64,000 nucleotides of DNA, taken from an uncultured Bacteroidales bacterium. GTDB taxonomy: Bacteria; Bacteroidota; Bacteroidia; Bacteroidales; Paludibacteraceae. The notes beneath the pieces are model-generated. The model saw only the letters and a list, made by a program, of their open reading frames with translations. It was not told where the DNA came from and searched no databases. A program made the position numbers and the translations under genes. The stretch is from NCBI GenBank assembly GCA_945827635.1, contig CALZOG010000001.1, positions 2,567 to 66,566 of the forward strand, in the 5' to 3' direction. This document shows, one piece after another, positions 36,792 to 46,622 of this stretch (position 1 is the first letter of the stretch; each line of letters opens with the position of its first letter).

Positions 36792-38405
36792 GTGAAACCA
36801 TATATTTATACTATATTGGCACTGTGCCTGCTTCCCTTGTCTCTGTCCGCCAAACCGGCACGCAGAGATGCTATCACTCTGACCCAACCCGATGGTACAC
36901 AGATAACGGCGTACCTGCATGGTGACGCATTCTTTCACTATTACACCGATGCCGAAGGCGCAATGCTTGAGCGTGACAACGCGGGCTTTTATAACCCTGC
37001 GCCTATGCCTTCTGCCGATGAACTGCAAGAACTCCGAATGAATAACCCGAGATACGCACACCGCCAGAAGATGCTCGGCGCGGAAATCAATCCCGCACCA
37101 CGCGGATTGGTTATTCTGGTTAGTTTTGCCAATAAGGAGTTCACCACGCCCCTGGCAGAGATAGATTCGATGCTCAACGGACAAAACTATACCCGCCAAT
37201 ATACGGGATACAACGCCCAAGGTCGGCGTACGATAATTAAATCCCAAGGCAGTGCAAAGCAATATTTCCATGACAGCTCGTTCGGGCAGTATAACCCCGT
37301 GTTCGACGTAGTTGGACCGGTTACGCTTTCGATGAACTATCAGTATTACGGCAAGAACGATTCCCAGGACAACGACTCCAATGTGGATATGATGATCAAA
37401 GAGGCGTGTGAGGCTGTTGATGATCAGGTGGACTTCACGTTGTACGACAACAACAACGACGGACGTGTGGATTTTGTGTACGTGTTCTATGCCGGCTATA
37501 GCGAGTCGGATGGCGCTGGCTCTGATTATATCTGGCCGCACAACTACGCCCTATCCTACACCGGTGTCAGCTGTGTAGTGGACGGATTGGTGGTGGATAA
37601 TTATGCCTGCTCCAACGAAATGGATTACAACAGCAGGCAGCACGACGGTATAGGTTCGTTCTGCCACGAGTTCTCGCACGTGTTAGGCTTGCCGGATCTC
37701 TATACCACCAATCAGGCGGGACACAAAACGATGGGTTCGTGGGATATCCTCGATTATGGTCCGTATAACAATGACGGCAATACTCCTCCGGCATACTCGT
37801 CTTACGAGCGCTTCTTTATGGGGTGGCTCACGCCGACACTGATCAATACCGCTTGTGATGTCGAACTGCCCGACCTGAATGAAGCCAACTGCGCCGTGCT
37901 ATTGACTGCCTCTGGCGTACATAACATGAGCGGACTAAACCCGAGCCCTACCTCGTTCTATATGCTTGAGAATAGGCAAAAGCAAGGTTGGGATCAGTAT
38001 CTCCCGGGACACGGATTGCTGGTCACCAGGATCCGTTACGATGCCAACAAGTGGATGTACAACTCGGTGAATAACAGCGAACGGGTGATGGGCGTTGACC
38101 TCATTGAGGCTGACGGTAGTGCTCCGGACAATAATTATTCAGGATATCTGGGCAAAACAACGGATGCCTATCCCTCAGGCTCCGATTCCTTTACCGATTT
38201 GACTGATTACCCCGTGACGAATATATTCGAGCAGAATAGGCTGATATACTTCCAGGTCAAAGGCGGAGGCAAAACAATACATCTTGACGTTGAGCCGGTC
38301 TTCCGGCAGACCGACGCTTGTATGCAAAAAGTGATCCGTGACGGCAGAGTGTTGCTACTGCACAACGGAGTATATTATGATATGTTAGGCAACAAGCAAA
38401 AGTGA
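36792..38405 (+). CDS. M6 family (immune inhibitor A-like) metalloprotease
   Basis: GTG start, signal peptide, zinc motif CHEFSHVLGLPDLY, and ...AKQYFHDSSFGQYNPVFDVVGPV. Carries the N-terminal segment that is detached in the upstream copy. Confidence 0.8.
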   Translation: MKPYIYTILALCLLPLSLSAKPARRDAITLTQPDGTQITAYLHGDAFFHYYTDAEGAMLERDNAGFYNPAPMPSADELQELRMNNPRYAHRQKMLGAEINPAPRGLVILVSFANKEFTTPLAEIDSMLNGQNYTRQYTGYNAQGRRTIIKSQGSAKQYFHDSSFGQYNPVFDVVGPVTLSMNYQYYGKNDSQDNDSNVDMMIKEACEAVDDQVDFTLYDNNNDGRVDFVYVFYAGYSESDGAGSDYIWPHNYALSYTGVSCVVDGLVVDNYACSNEMDYNSRQHDGIGSFCHEFSHVLGLPDLYTTNQAGHKTMGSWDILDYGPYNNDGNTPPAYSSYERFFMGWLTPTLINTACDVELPDLNEANCAVLLTASGVHNMSGLNPSPTSFYMLENRQKQGWDQYLPGHGLLVTRIRYDANKWMYNSVNNSERVMGVDLIEADGSAPDNNYSGYLGKTTDAYPSGSDSFTDLTDYPVTNIFEQNRLIYFQVKGGGKTIHLDVEPVFRQTDACMQKVIRDGRVLLLHNGVYYDMLGNKQK

Positions 38406-38452
38406 TATGTTAGGAACAAACAAAAGTTATAACCTTATATTGATAGTGAGCA

Positions 38453-39217
38453 ATGAAACTGATCTCGTATAATGTCAACGGCATTCGTTCGGCACTGAGC
38501 AAAGGACTGTTGAACTGGTTGCAGACCGCCAACCCCGATGTCTTCTGTATTCAGGAGAGCAAGGCACAGCCCGAGCAGATTGATACAACCGCTTTTGCCG
38601 AACTCGGTTACACAAGTTATATCCACTCGGCGGAAAAGAAAGGCTATTCGGGCGTGTGTATCTTCAGCAAGCAACCTGCCGACAAGGTGGTGGCAGGCAT
38701 GGGTAGTGACCGTTACGACCGCGAGGGACGTGTGCTACGTGCCGATTTCGGCGAACTGACTGTGGTCTGCGTATATGTGCCCAGCGGGACAACAGGAGAT
38801 ATACGTCAGGAGTTCAAGATGGATTTTTTGGAAGTGTTCCTCAAGTGGCTGAACGAACTGCGTAAGGAGCGTGAGAATGTAATCATATGCGGCGACTTCA
38901 ACATCTGCCACAAGCCTATTGATATCAATCACCCTGAGCGACAGATTGGTGTCAGCGGTTTCCTGCCGGAAGAACGCGAGTGGATGGATCGGTGGCAGGA
39001 GTCGGGACTGGTAGATACGTTCCGCGTGTTCTGCCAGGCGCCTGAGATGTACAGTTGGTGGTCCTACCGTGCCGGAGCACGTGCCCACAACGCCGGCTGG
39101 CGTATCGACTACTTCTGGGTAAGCGAACCATTGCGCGGACGCTTGCGCGATGCACGTATTCACAGCGACGCAGTACACAGCGACCATTGCCCTGTATCGC
39201 TCGAGATTGAAAACTGA
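38453..39217 (+). CDS. xth: exodeoxyribonuclease III
   Basis: Motifs [28 protein letters not shown] and [10 protein letters not shown]. Confidence 0.92.
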   Translation: MKLISYNVNGIRSALSKGLLNWLQTANPDVFCIQESKAQPEQIDTTAFAELGYTSYIHSAEKKGYSGVCIFSKQPADKVVAGMGSDRYDREGRVLRADFGELTVVCVYVPSGTTGDIRQEFKMDFLEVFLKWLNELRKERENVIICGDFNICHKPIDINHPERQIGVSGFLPEEREWMDRWQESGLVDTFRVFCQAPEMYSWWSYRAGARAHNAGWRIDYFWVSEPLRGRLRDARIHSDAVHSDHCPVSLEIEN

Positions 39218-39237
39218 TAGCAGAAAATTAACGTTCT

Positions 39238-39978
39238 ATGCAAACGCTACGTACAGAACACTTGTATAAGAAGTACGGCAAACGTACCGTAGTTAACGAT
39301 GTAAGTATCCACCTGGAGCAAGGCGAGATAGTAGGTCTGCTCGGTCCCAACGGTGCCGGCAAAACAACTACGTTCTACATGACTACAGGTCTGGTAACTG
39401 CCAACAATGGTAAGATATTCCTTGACGACATAGATATTACTTCCTACCCTATGTACAAACGTGCACAACTCGGTATAGGTTACTTGCCGCAGGAGGCTTC
39501 GGTGTTCAGGAAGATGACCGTGGAGGATAATATCCTCTCCGTACTTGAGATGACCGAGTTCAGCAGGGATTACCAGCGTGAGAAACTGGAGCAACTGATC
39601 AAGGAGTTCAACCTTGAGCACGTTCGCACGAACCTCGGTGACCGTCTATCCGGTGGCGAGCGCCGCCGGACGGAGATTGCACGTTGTCTGGCTATCGAAC
39701 CGAAGTTCGTCATGCTGGACGAACCGTTTGCCGGTGTTGACCCTATTGCCGTACAGGAGATCCAAGATGTGGTGTGGCGACTCAAGGATAAGAACATAGG
39801 CATCCTTATCACCGACCACAACGTGGACGAGACACTGTCCATAACCGACCGTGCGTACTTGTTGTTCGAAGGTAAGATTCTTTTCCACGGCACGCCCGAA
39901 GAACTTGCTGCCAATCCCATCGTTCGCAACAATTACCTCGGCAGGGACTTTGAGCTCAAGCGCAAGACGAAAGTATAA
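39238..39978 (+). CDS. lptB: LPS export ABC transporter ATP-binding protein
   Basis: Walker [10 protein letters not shown], signature [15 protein letters not shown], Walker [13 protein letters not shown]. Length and C-terminus are typical of LptB. Confidence 0.88.
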   Translation: MQTLRTEHLYKKYGKRTVVNDVSIHLEQGEIVGLLGPNGAGKTTTFYMTTGLVTANNGKIFLDDIDITSYPMYKRAQLGIGYLPQEASVFRKMTVEDNILSVLEMTEFSRDYQREKLEQLIKEFNLEHVRTNLGDRLSGGERRRTEIARCLAIEPKFVMLDEPFAGVDPIAVQEIQDVVWRLKDKNIGILITDHNVDETLSITDRAYLLFEGKILFHGTPEELAANPIVRNNYLGRDFELKRKTKV

Positions 39979-39994
39979 TAGTTATGCCATCCTG

Positions 39995-41947
39995 ATGAAG
40001 AACTTCTGTAGATATCCTTGGGTCGTAGCAGCATGCAATATTGCACTGGTGCTGGCACTCTACAGCCTTCTGCGAACAATGTGCTACCTGATAAACGGAT
40101 CAATGTTTCCGAATATTGACGGCAGACATCTACTGGAGATTCTTGGCGGTGGCGTACGGTTCGACTTGACAGCGGTTCTGTATTTGAGTTCGTTATATGT
40201 GGTAGGCATGCTGTTACCTTTGCCTACACGCTGGAGAGAGAATAGCGTGTATCAGACGGTGTTGGCGTGGCTGTTTCTTGTACCCAATGCGATAGGATTG
40301 ATTATCAATACGGCGGATATAGCATATATCCCTTTTACAGACCGCCGCACGACGTGCACGTTCTTCTCCGAGTTCGCCAATGATCATAATTTGTTAAGTA
40401 TCATTGGACAAGGTGTAGTGCAGTATTGGTATGTAACGTTGCTTGGCATAACTGTACTGGTGATATTATTTTTCTTTACGCGTAAAACGTTCCGATGCTG
40501 TTGCGTCAAACCTGTAGTCTATTATCTTTGTGAGACGGTTATTCTTCTGGTGACCGTATATTTCTATGTTATTGGCATACGTGGCGGTTTTGGCAAATAC
40601 ACCCGGCCTATAACGGTAAGCAACGCCATGCAGTACACGAATACACCGCGTGAAAGTGCGCTGGTGCTGAACACGCCGTTCTCGCTGATGAAGTCACTGG
40701 AGAACCAACAATATGTTGAGCCGAAGTATTTCACAGCAGATGAACTGCCCGAGCACATGACACCTGTTCATGCCGGCAGGGAAGAATATCTGACCCCCAA
40801 CGGGTACGGCAATCTGAATGTCGTGGTGCTTATTCTGGAGTCTTTTAGTAAGGAATATATCGGTTTTTATAATCAGGATATGGAAGGATACAGTGGCTAC
40901 ACACCGTTCCTGGACAGCCTGCTGTCGCAGAGCGTAACGTTCAGCAACTCCTATGCATCCGGTCGCAAGAGTATAGACGCCATGCCTTCCGTGCTGTCGT
41001 CCATACCGATGCTCATCGAGCCGTATATCGTGACGCCCTACTCTACAAACGCTGTTTCGTCGATTGCCGATTGCCTGAAGCGGATAGGCTATCAGACGGC
41101 TTTCTTCCACGGTGCCCCGAACGGCAGTATGGGTTTTCAGGCCTATGCACGGAGTGCCGGTTTCGGACGCTATTACGGAATGGACGAGTTCGGTGACAAG
41201 AGTGCATATGACGGCACATGGGCTATATGGGACGAGGAGTTCCTGCAATACTACGCACAGACGATGAACACAATGCAGGAGCCGTTTATGACCGCTGTGT
41301 TCACAGCCTCCAGCCATCATCCATTCAAGGTGCCCAAACGTTATGAGGGCGTATTCCCGAAAGGGCCGCTACCGATACACGAGGCGATAGGTTACACCGA
41401 TTACGCCTTGCGGCGGTTCTTCGAAACAGCAAGCCGGCAACCATGGTTTGACCATACACTGTTTGTCATAACGGCCGATCACACGAACGGACTTTCGTTA
41501 CCGGAATATACGAATGCAAGAGGCGTGTACGAAGTGCCGGTTGCCTTCTATTGTCCGACATGCTTACGCGCATCCCAACGCCCCGATGTCGTGAGCCAGA
41601 CGGATATTATGCCGTCTGTGTTACGCAGCGTGGACTATAATGACGGGTTCTTCGCATTCGGTGAAGACGCACTTGGCGGACATAAAAAGCACAACTACGC
41701 CGTATGCTACAATGCGCCGTTGTATCAAATTTTCTCGGACAGCCTGCTCGTGCAGTTTGATGGGGAGAACGTAACCGGCGTATATAATTTCCGTTCCGAT
41801 CGTTGCTTGCTTACCAATATCGTAGCGACTGTTGATCCTGAAGCAACAGCACCTATGACGGATTATCTGAAGGCGTATATCCAGCAGTATATCCATCGTA
41901 TGATATATAACCGGTTAATCGTTGACGAATGCGATTCAGAAGAGTGA
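39995..41947 (+). CDS. LTA synthase / sulfatase-family membrane protein (alkaline-phosphatase superfamily transferase)
   Basis: N-terminal multi-TM region followed by a sulfatase-like domain (NVVVLILESFSKEY..., ...ITADHTNG). Start trimmed to MKNFCRY at 39995, because the listed extension overlaps lptB. Confidence 0.8.
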   Translation: MKNFCRYPWVVAACNIALVLALYSLLRTMCYLINGSMFPNIDGRHLLEILGGGVRFDLTAVLYLSSLYVVGMLLPLPTRWRENSVYQTVLAWLFLVPNAIGLIINTADIAYIPFTDRRTTCTFFSEFANDHNLLSIIGQGVVQYWYVTLLGITVLVILFFFTRKTFRCCCVKPVVYYLCETVILLVTVYFYVIGIRGGFGKYTRPITVSNAMQYTNTPRESALVLNTPFSLMKSLENQQYVEPKYFTADELPEHMTPVHAGREEYLTPNGYGNLNVVVLILESFSKEYIGFYNQDMEGYSGYTPFLDSLLSQSVTFSNSYASGRKSIDAMPSVLSSIPMLIEPYIVTPYSTNAVSSIADCLKRIGYQTAFFHGAPNGSMGFQAYARSAGFGRYYGMDEFGDKSAYDGTWAIWDEEFLQYYAQTMNTMQEPFMTAVFTASSHHPFKVPKRYEGVFPKGPLPIHEAIGYTDYALRRFFETASRQPWFDHTLFVITADHTNGLSLPEYTNARGVYEVPVAFYCPTCLRASQRPDVVSQTDIMPSVLRSVDYNDGFFAFGEDALGGHKKHNYAVCYNAPLYQIFSDSLLVQFDGENVTGVYNFRSDRCLLTNIVATVDPEATAPMTDYLKAYIQQYIHRMIYNRLIVDECDSEE

Positions 41948-41951
41948 TAGA

Positions 41952-42926
41952 ATGAAGAATTTCGGTTACATAGTACTGTCGGTTCTGCTCGGTTTGACTG
42001 CATGCGCAAGCAAACAGGAAGTATATTTGCCTGTCCAGAAATGCGCACCGATACCGGTGGGCAGGGCGAGCGCATGTGCATGTGCGCTTGATGGCAAAGG
42101 GTATGTATTTAGCGGCCGGGATGCGGATGGCAATTATTTGAATGATTTATGGCAGTACGACCCGCAGACAGACACCTGGACTGATTTGGGCGTCACACCT
42201 TTGAGACCGCGTGTACACGCCGCAATGATTGCTTATGATGGCGCTTTGTATCTAGGGTTGGGCTTTGCCAGCGGAAAAATATATATGGAGGAGTATTATC
42301 TGCATGACTGGTGGCGCTGGAGTCCTGCAACCGGAAAATGGGATTCCTTGGCGGCTTATCCTGATAAGACGACAATTGCTCCTACGCTGTATCAGGTGGA
42401 TGAACGCATTTATGCAATCTATGGCTCAACGTCCTGTTTCTCACGTGATATACGATATTACCTTCCGCAGACGAATGAATGGTGTTCGATTGCAGAAAGT
42501 CATCTCCGGGCATATTCTGCCTTTTGCGGAGTCGGTGCCACTTGTCACGGCAAGACATATTACGGCCTGGGCTTTAACACGGGCAACCTCACCCAGTGGT
42601 ACACAATGGATTTACCGTCCGATAAATGGACTGCGTGCAGAAAATTACCCGCTAAAGGACGGGAGTATAGTGCGTGTGGTGTCGGGAAGGACAATATCTA
42701 TGTGTTCGGCGGGCGCTATTTTGGCGGTGAATATACCGGTGGGGAAGTGTTTGCAGAGATATGGCGTTATTCTCCTGATGCCGACCGCTGGACTTATTGC
42801 GGAGAAATGCCCGGGGGAAGAGCGGAAAATCAGATAGCATTCAGTATCAACGGAAAGGTTTACTTCGGGCTTGGCAGGGATGAGAAAGGGACAGTACTAA
42901 ACACTTTATATCGTATTGAGGACTAA
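41952..42926 (+). CDS. Kelch-repeat lipoprotein (beta-propeller)
   Basis: Lipobox LLGLTAC. Repeated ...G.....GG......L.D.W.Y.P..D.W... Kelch-like units (DLWQYDPQTDTWTD, DWWRWSPATGKWDS, EIWRYSPDADRWTY). Confidence 0.75.
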   Translation: MKNFGYIVLSVLLGLTACASKQEVYLPVQKCAPIPVGRASACACALDGKGYVFSGRDADGNYLNDLWQYDPQTDTWTDLGVTPLRPRVHAAMIAYDGALYLGLGFASGKIYMEEYYLHDWWRWSPATGKWDSLAAYPDKTTIAPTLYQVDERIYAIYGSTSCFSRDIRYYLPQTNEWCSIAESHLRAYSAFCGVGATCHGKTYYGLGFNTGNLTQWYTMDLPSDKWTACRKLPAKGREYSACGVGKDNIYVFGGRYFGGEYTGGEVFAEIWRYSPDADRWTYCGEMPGGRAENQIAFSINGKVYFGLGRDEKGTVLNTLYRIED

Positions 42927-44337
42927 ACTGCTCATAGTATTACTTGCGCTGTGCTCGCTACAGGCAAAAGCGTGGGATTGGTGGCCGCTGCCGATGGCAG
43001 AGCCGGATACCTGTCATGAACAACTGATGTACGTCGGTGAGGCAGGTGTGTTGGCTTCAAGCGGCATAGGTGCTCCTACATGGCTGCATGCCAACCGTAA
43101 CGGAGCAGTCTCTACAATGCCATTCAGCGGTTCACTCACTCTGGGAGTGGTCAAACCAGCTACACGTGACAACCGCTGGTTTGATTACGATGGCGGAATA
43201 GCGTTGAGCGGGCGGATTGCGGGAGCGCCTGCATCGGGAAGCATAGAATACACTGGATTCTTCAACCAACTGTATGTACACGTGCGCTTGTACATAGTGG
43301 ATATAACGGTAGGTATCAAGTCGCAATATTTCGGAGCAGGAGATCCTGAACTGAGTAGCGGGAGTATCCTTATATCGCAAAATGCTCATCCGATACCGCG
43401 CATCAGCATCGGTATAGACCGCTGGACTGCTATACCGGGATTATTCGGCTATGCTGAAATTAAAGGAGGTTTGACGCATGGCTGGCTGGGTGACAACAAC
43501 GGCTGGGTCAAAGGTACACTGTTGCACCATAAATATATAGGCGCGCGCGTGGGAGGCAAGTTGCCGGTGAATATCAGTTATGAGTTCCACCATGCAGCGC
43601 AGTGGGGAGGAGTATCACGTGTGCATGGAAAATTGGGCAATGATTTTGCGTCATTTTGGCATGTGGCATTGGGGAAGAGTGGTGGTACGACATCCAACGA
43701 ACTTCTCAACGCGCAGGGCAACCACCTGTTCAGCCAGCAGTTATGTTTGACTGCCAAAGGCGATAAATGGCATGTGAATGCGTACTGGCAGAACATTAAC
43801 GAAGACGGACCGGTGCGTTTCATAGGTGCTACGATGAATGCGAAAGACGGATTGTGGGGCATAAGTGCCGAACAGCAGTATTGGCCGTTTATCAGTGCCG
43901 TGACGTTAGAAGTGTTGCAGACTACCGACCAGTCGGGACCGTGGCACGACCGTGACGGGCTGGTGTTCGGCGGCAATGACACCTACTATATGAACTACAT
44001 TTATCAGCAGGGCTGGACATCTTTCGGCAGAACAATAGGTTCCCCGCTGATGAGCCCCTCTAACAGCCGCGTATGGGCGTACCACGCCGGTATTCGCGGA
44101 GATATTTACGGCTTCCGGTATCGTGCCCTATGTACGTATGCCGACAATTACGGCACATACAAATCTCCGGCTATAAGCCGTAATACAGCCATTCTGCTGG
44201 AGGTGAAGAAACGTGTTCCTCAAGCGTGGGACTTGGAGTTCGGCGTTGCATTAGCCGGCGATTTCGGCACGCAGTACGGTAATCAGTTCGGAGGAATGAT
44301 TACAGTCAGCAAACAAGGTATAATCAAAAAATGGTAA
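42916..44337 (+). CDS. outer-membrane beta-barrel protein, Wzi-like (capsule/LOS assembly family, tentative)
   Basis: Signal peptide MRTKLLIVLLALCSLQAKA. Barrel-like strand periodicity. C-terminal aromatic residue (...GIIKKW). TTG start overlaps the Kelch gene end by 11 nt. The family assignment is from memory of similar Bacteroidetes proteins and is not verified. Confidence 0.55.
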   Translation: MRTKLLIVLLALCSLQAKAWDWWPLPMAEPDTCHEQLMYVGEAGVLASSGIGAPTWLHANRNGAVSTMPFSGSLTLGVVKPATRDNRWFDYDGGIALSGRIAGAPASGSIEYTGFFNQLYVHVRLYIVDITVGIKSQYFGAGDPELSSGSILISQNAHPIPRISIGIDRWTAIPGLFGYAEIKGGLTHGWLGDNNGWVKGTLLHHKYIGARVGGKLPVNISYEFHHAAQWGGVSRVHGKLGNDFASFWHVALGKSGGTTSNELLNAQGNHLFSQQLCLTAKGDKWHVNAYWQNINEDGPVRFIGATMNAKDGLWGISAEQQYWPFISAVTLEVLQTTDQSGPWHDRDGLVFGGNDTYYMNYIYQQGWTSFGRTIGSPLMSPSNSRVWAYHAGIRGDIYGFRYRALCTYADNYGTYKSPAISRNTAILLEVKKRVPQAWDLEFGVALAGDFGTQYGNQFGGMITVSKQGIIKKW

Positions 44338-44341
44338 CTAT

Positions 44342-44947
44342 ATGAATTTCGTAGAACAATGCAACCTCATTTTTGCACAGGCAGTTGAGGACTATCACGG
44401 TACTGATAATGTGGATGCACCTATCCACAATCCGTACAATCCGAGTACGATTGAGCACGACCTATATCTCAAGAACTGGATTGACACCGTTCAGTGGCAT
44501 CTGGAGGATATTATCCGTGACCCGCAGATCAATCCTACGGATGCGTTGGCTCTCAAACGCCGTATCGACCGTAGCAATCAGGACCGCACGGATCTGGTTG
44601 AGCGTATAGATAGTTATTTTTGGGAGCAGTATCATGCAATCACTCCCAAACAGGAAGCGCGTATCAATACGGAGAGTCCTGCCTGGGCGATTGACCGCCT
44701 GAGTATTCTGCATGTCAAACTGTGGCATATGCAGGAGCAGGTAGATCGTACGGATGTTAGTCAGGAGCAGCACGACAAGTGCGTAGCCAAGATGGCTGTG
44801 CTCAGGGAGCAATTGGTGGATATGACAATGTCTATCAGTCAGTTGTTGGCAGATTATGCTGACGGCACACGCATCATGAAGGTGTATCGCCAGATGAAGA
44901 TGTATAACGACCCGACGCTCAATCCCGTCCTGTACGGTAAGAAATAA
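44342..44947 (+). CDS. conserved hypothetical protein (DUF4254-like), typically adjacent to heptosyltransferase genes
   Basis: 201 aa, soluble and helical (...WIDTVQWHLEDIIRDP...RIDRSNQDRTDLVE...). Position directly upstream of a GT9 gene. The family call is from memory. Confidence 0.6.
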   Translation: MNFVEQCNLIFAQAVEDYHGTDNVDAPIHNPYNPSTIEHDLYLKNWIDTVQWHLEDIIRDPQINPTDALALKRRIDRSNQDRTDLVERIDSYFWEQYHAITPKQEARINTESPAWAIDRLSILHVKLWHMQEQVDRTDVSQEQHDKCVAKMAVLREQLVDMTMSISQLLADYADGTRIMKVYRQMKMYNDPTLNPVLYGKK

Positions 44948-44955
44948 CGCCGGAG

Positions 44956-45903
44956 GTGAAACGACTGCTTGTCATACGGTTCTCGGCTATGGGCGATGTT
45001 GCAATGGCAGCACCTGTCGTGCGTGCTGTTGCTGAGCAATATCCCGATTTGTATGTAACGATGCTTTCCCAGCAGCGCTTTGCGGATATATTTGCCAATA
45101 TGCCGCCTAATGTGCTGTTCCATGGCGTGGATGTCAGGAAGCAGTCGCTCCGCGAGATAGTTGCCGGTCTTGGTACTTATGACTTGGTTGCAGATTTCCA
45201 TGGTGTAATCCGTTCGGTGTATATCCGTACCCTTTTGCGCATAAGAGGTGCAAAAGTGGCATCCGTCGATAAGGGGCGTAGCGACAAACGCCGGCTGATT
45301 AGAGGCAAGTCAAAAGAGCCGCTCAAACATACGACCGAACGTTATGCCGAGGTGCTGTCAGAATTGGGTGTCCCCATACAATGGGATGTAGTGAAGTCTA
45401 GGATTACCTCGGTAACGGATGCTTCAGGTATCGGAATTGCACCGTTTGCAGCCCATCCGGGTAAAGTATATCCTATTGAGAGGATGGAACGTGTGGTGGA
45501 ACTGCTGAGCGGACATGGGGAGAAGATAATCCTTTTTGGCGGCGGCAAGAAGGAAAAAGCAATCTTGGATGGTTGGGCACAGAAATACCCGGGAGTAGAG
45601 TCCGTTGCCGGAAGATATAGTATGGCGGAAGAACTTGAGATTATCCGTGGGCTGCGTGTGATGCTCACCATGGACTCGGGCAATATGCATCTGGCCTCAC
45701 TCGTCGGCACGCGCGTTATATCCATTTGGGGTGCAACCCATCCTTATGCTGGTTTCCTCGGCTACGGGCAATGTGAGCAGGATTGCATCCAGCGCGAACT
45801 GGACTGCCGGCCATGTTCCATTTATGGCAACAATCCCTGCCGGTTCGGGGATAACCGCTGTATGGATATAACTCCGGAGGAGATAGTTAACCGATTGGTA
45901 TGA
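44956..45903 (+). CDS. glycosyltransferase family 9 (heptosyltransferase-like)
   Basis: LLVIRFSAMGDVAMAAPVV N-terminus, and ...MLTMDSGNMHLASLVGT...IWGATHP. GTG start. Confidence 0.85.
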   Translation: MKRLLVIRFSAMGDVAMAAPVVRAVAEQYPDLYVTMLSQQRFADIFANMPPNVLFHGVDVRKQSLREIVAGLGTYDLVADFHGVIRSVYIRTLLRIRGAKVASVDKGRSDKRRLIRGKSKEPLKHTTERYAEVLSELGVPIQWDVVKSRITSVTDASGIGIAPFAAHPGKVYPIERMERVVELLSGHGEKIILFGGGKKEKAILDGWAQKYPGVESVAGRYSMAEELEIIRGLRVMLTMDSGNMHLASLVGTRVISIWGATHPYAGFLGYGQCEQDCIQRELDCRPCSIYGNNPCRFGDNRCMDITPEEIVNRLV

Positions 45904-46622
45904 ATCTGGTTGTAAACCCCAAATATAATCATCTGAAGGAGTGGGTAACCCGACTGCCCGAGACTTTTGCTTCACAGGGTGAAGTGCTATACGATTCCCG
46001 TAATCAGATCAGGCGCATAGCAGCCCCGGACGGTTGTCCTGTATGTGTAAAACGTTTTCACTCACCGCGATTCCTGAACAGATTAGTGTATTCTTTTATG
46101 CGTCCGCCCAAAGCCGTTCGTGCCTATAAAAATGCTGTACTGTTGCAGGAGCATGGGGTCTTTACTCCCGAACCGATTGCTTATCTTCTGCAAACGCAAG
46201 GCGGATTATTGGGCGAATCCTATCTGGTGTGCCGTTATAGTTCTCTTTCCCGCAATTTCTACGAGTTCCGCCACCATCCGCTTGAGGGATATGAACCCGT
46301 AGTAAAAGCCTTTGCCCGGTTCACGGCGCATATGCATGAGCAGGGAATCCTGCATCTGGATTATTCGCCGGGGAATATACTCTTTGATATAGATGATCAG
46401 AACGGTCAGGTGCAATTTGAGATAGTGGATATCAACCGAATGCAGTTCGACCGGTTTGTCAGTCTTGATACCGCCTGCCGTAACTTCTGCCGACTATGGG
46501 GCAAAGAGGACTTTTTCCGTTTGCTGGCCCGTGAGTATGCTCAAGCCCGCGGCTTTGATGCCGATACGTGCACGAGCCTTACTCTCAAGCATTGGAAACG
46601 CTTTTGGAGGTTCCGCAAATGA
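45900..46622 (+). CDS. lipopolysaccharide kinase (Kdo/WaaP/InaA) family protein
   Basis: Kinase catalytic-loop-like ILHLDYSPGNILF and an IVDINRM (DxD-like) motif. ATGA start/stop overlap with the GT9 gene. Confidence 0.72.
   Translation: MNLVVNPKYNHLKEWVTRLPETFASQGEVLYDSRNQIRRIAAPDGCPVCVKRFHSPRFLNRLVYSFMRPPKAVRAYKNAVLLQEHGVFTPEPIAYLLQTQGGLLGESYLVCRYSSLSRNFYEFRHHPLEGYEPVVKAFARFTAHMHEQGILHLDYSPGNILFDIDDQNGQVQFEIVDINRMQFDRFVSLDTACRNFCRLWGKEDFFRLLAREYAQARGFDADTCTSLTLKHWKRFWRFRK

Noticed and set aside
36783-37541. 252-aa minus-strand ORF.
   Set aside because: It is antisense to the second M6 protease gene, which has the HEFSH zinc motif and a signal peptide.
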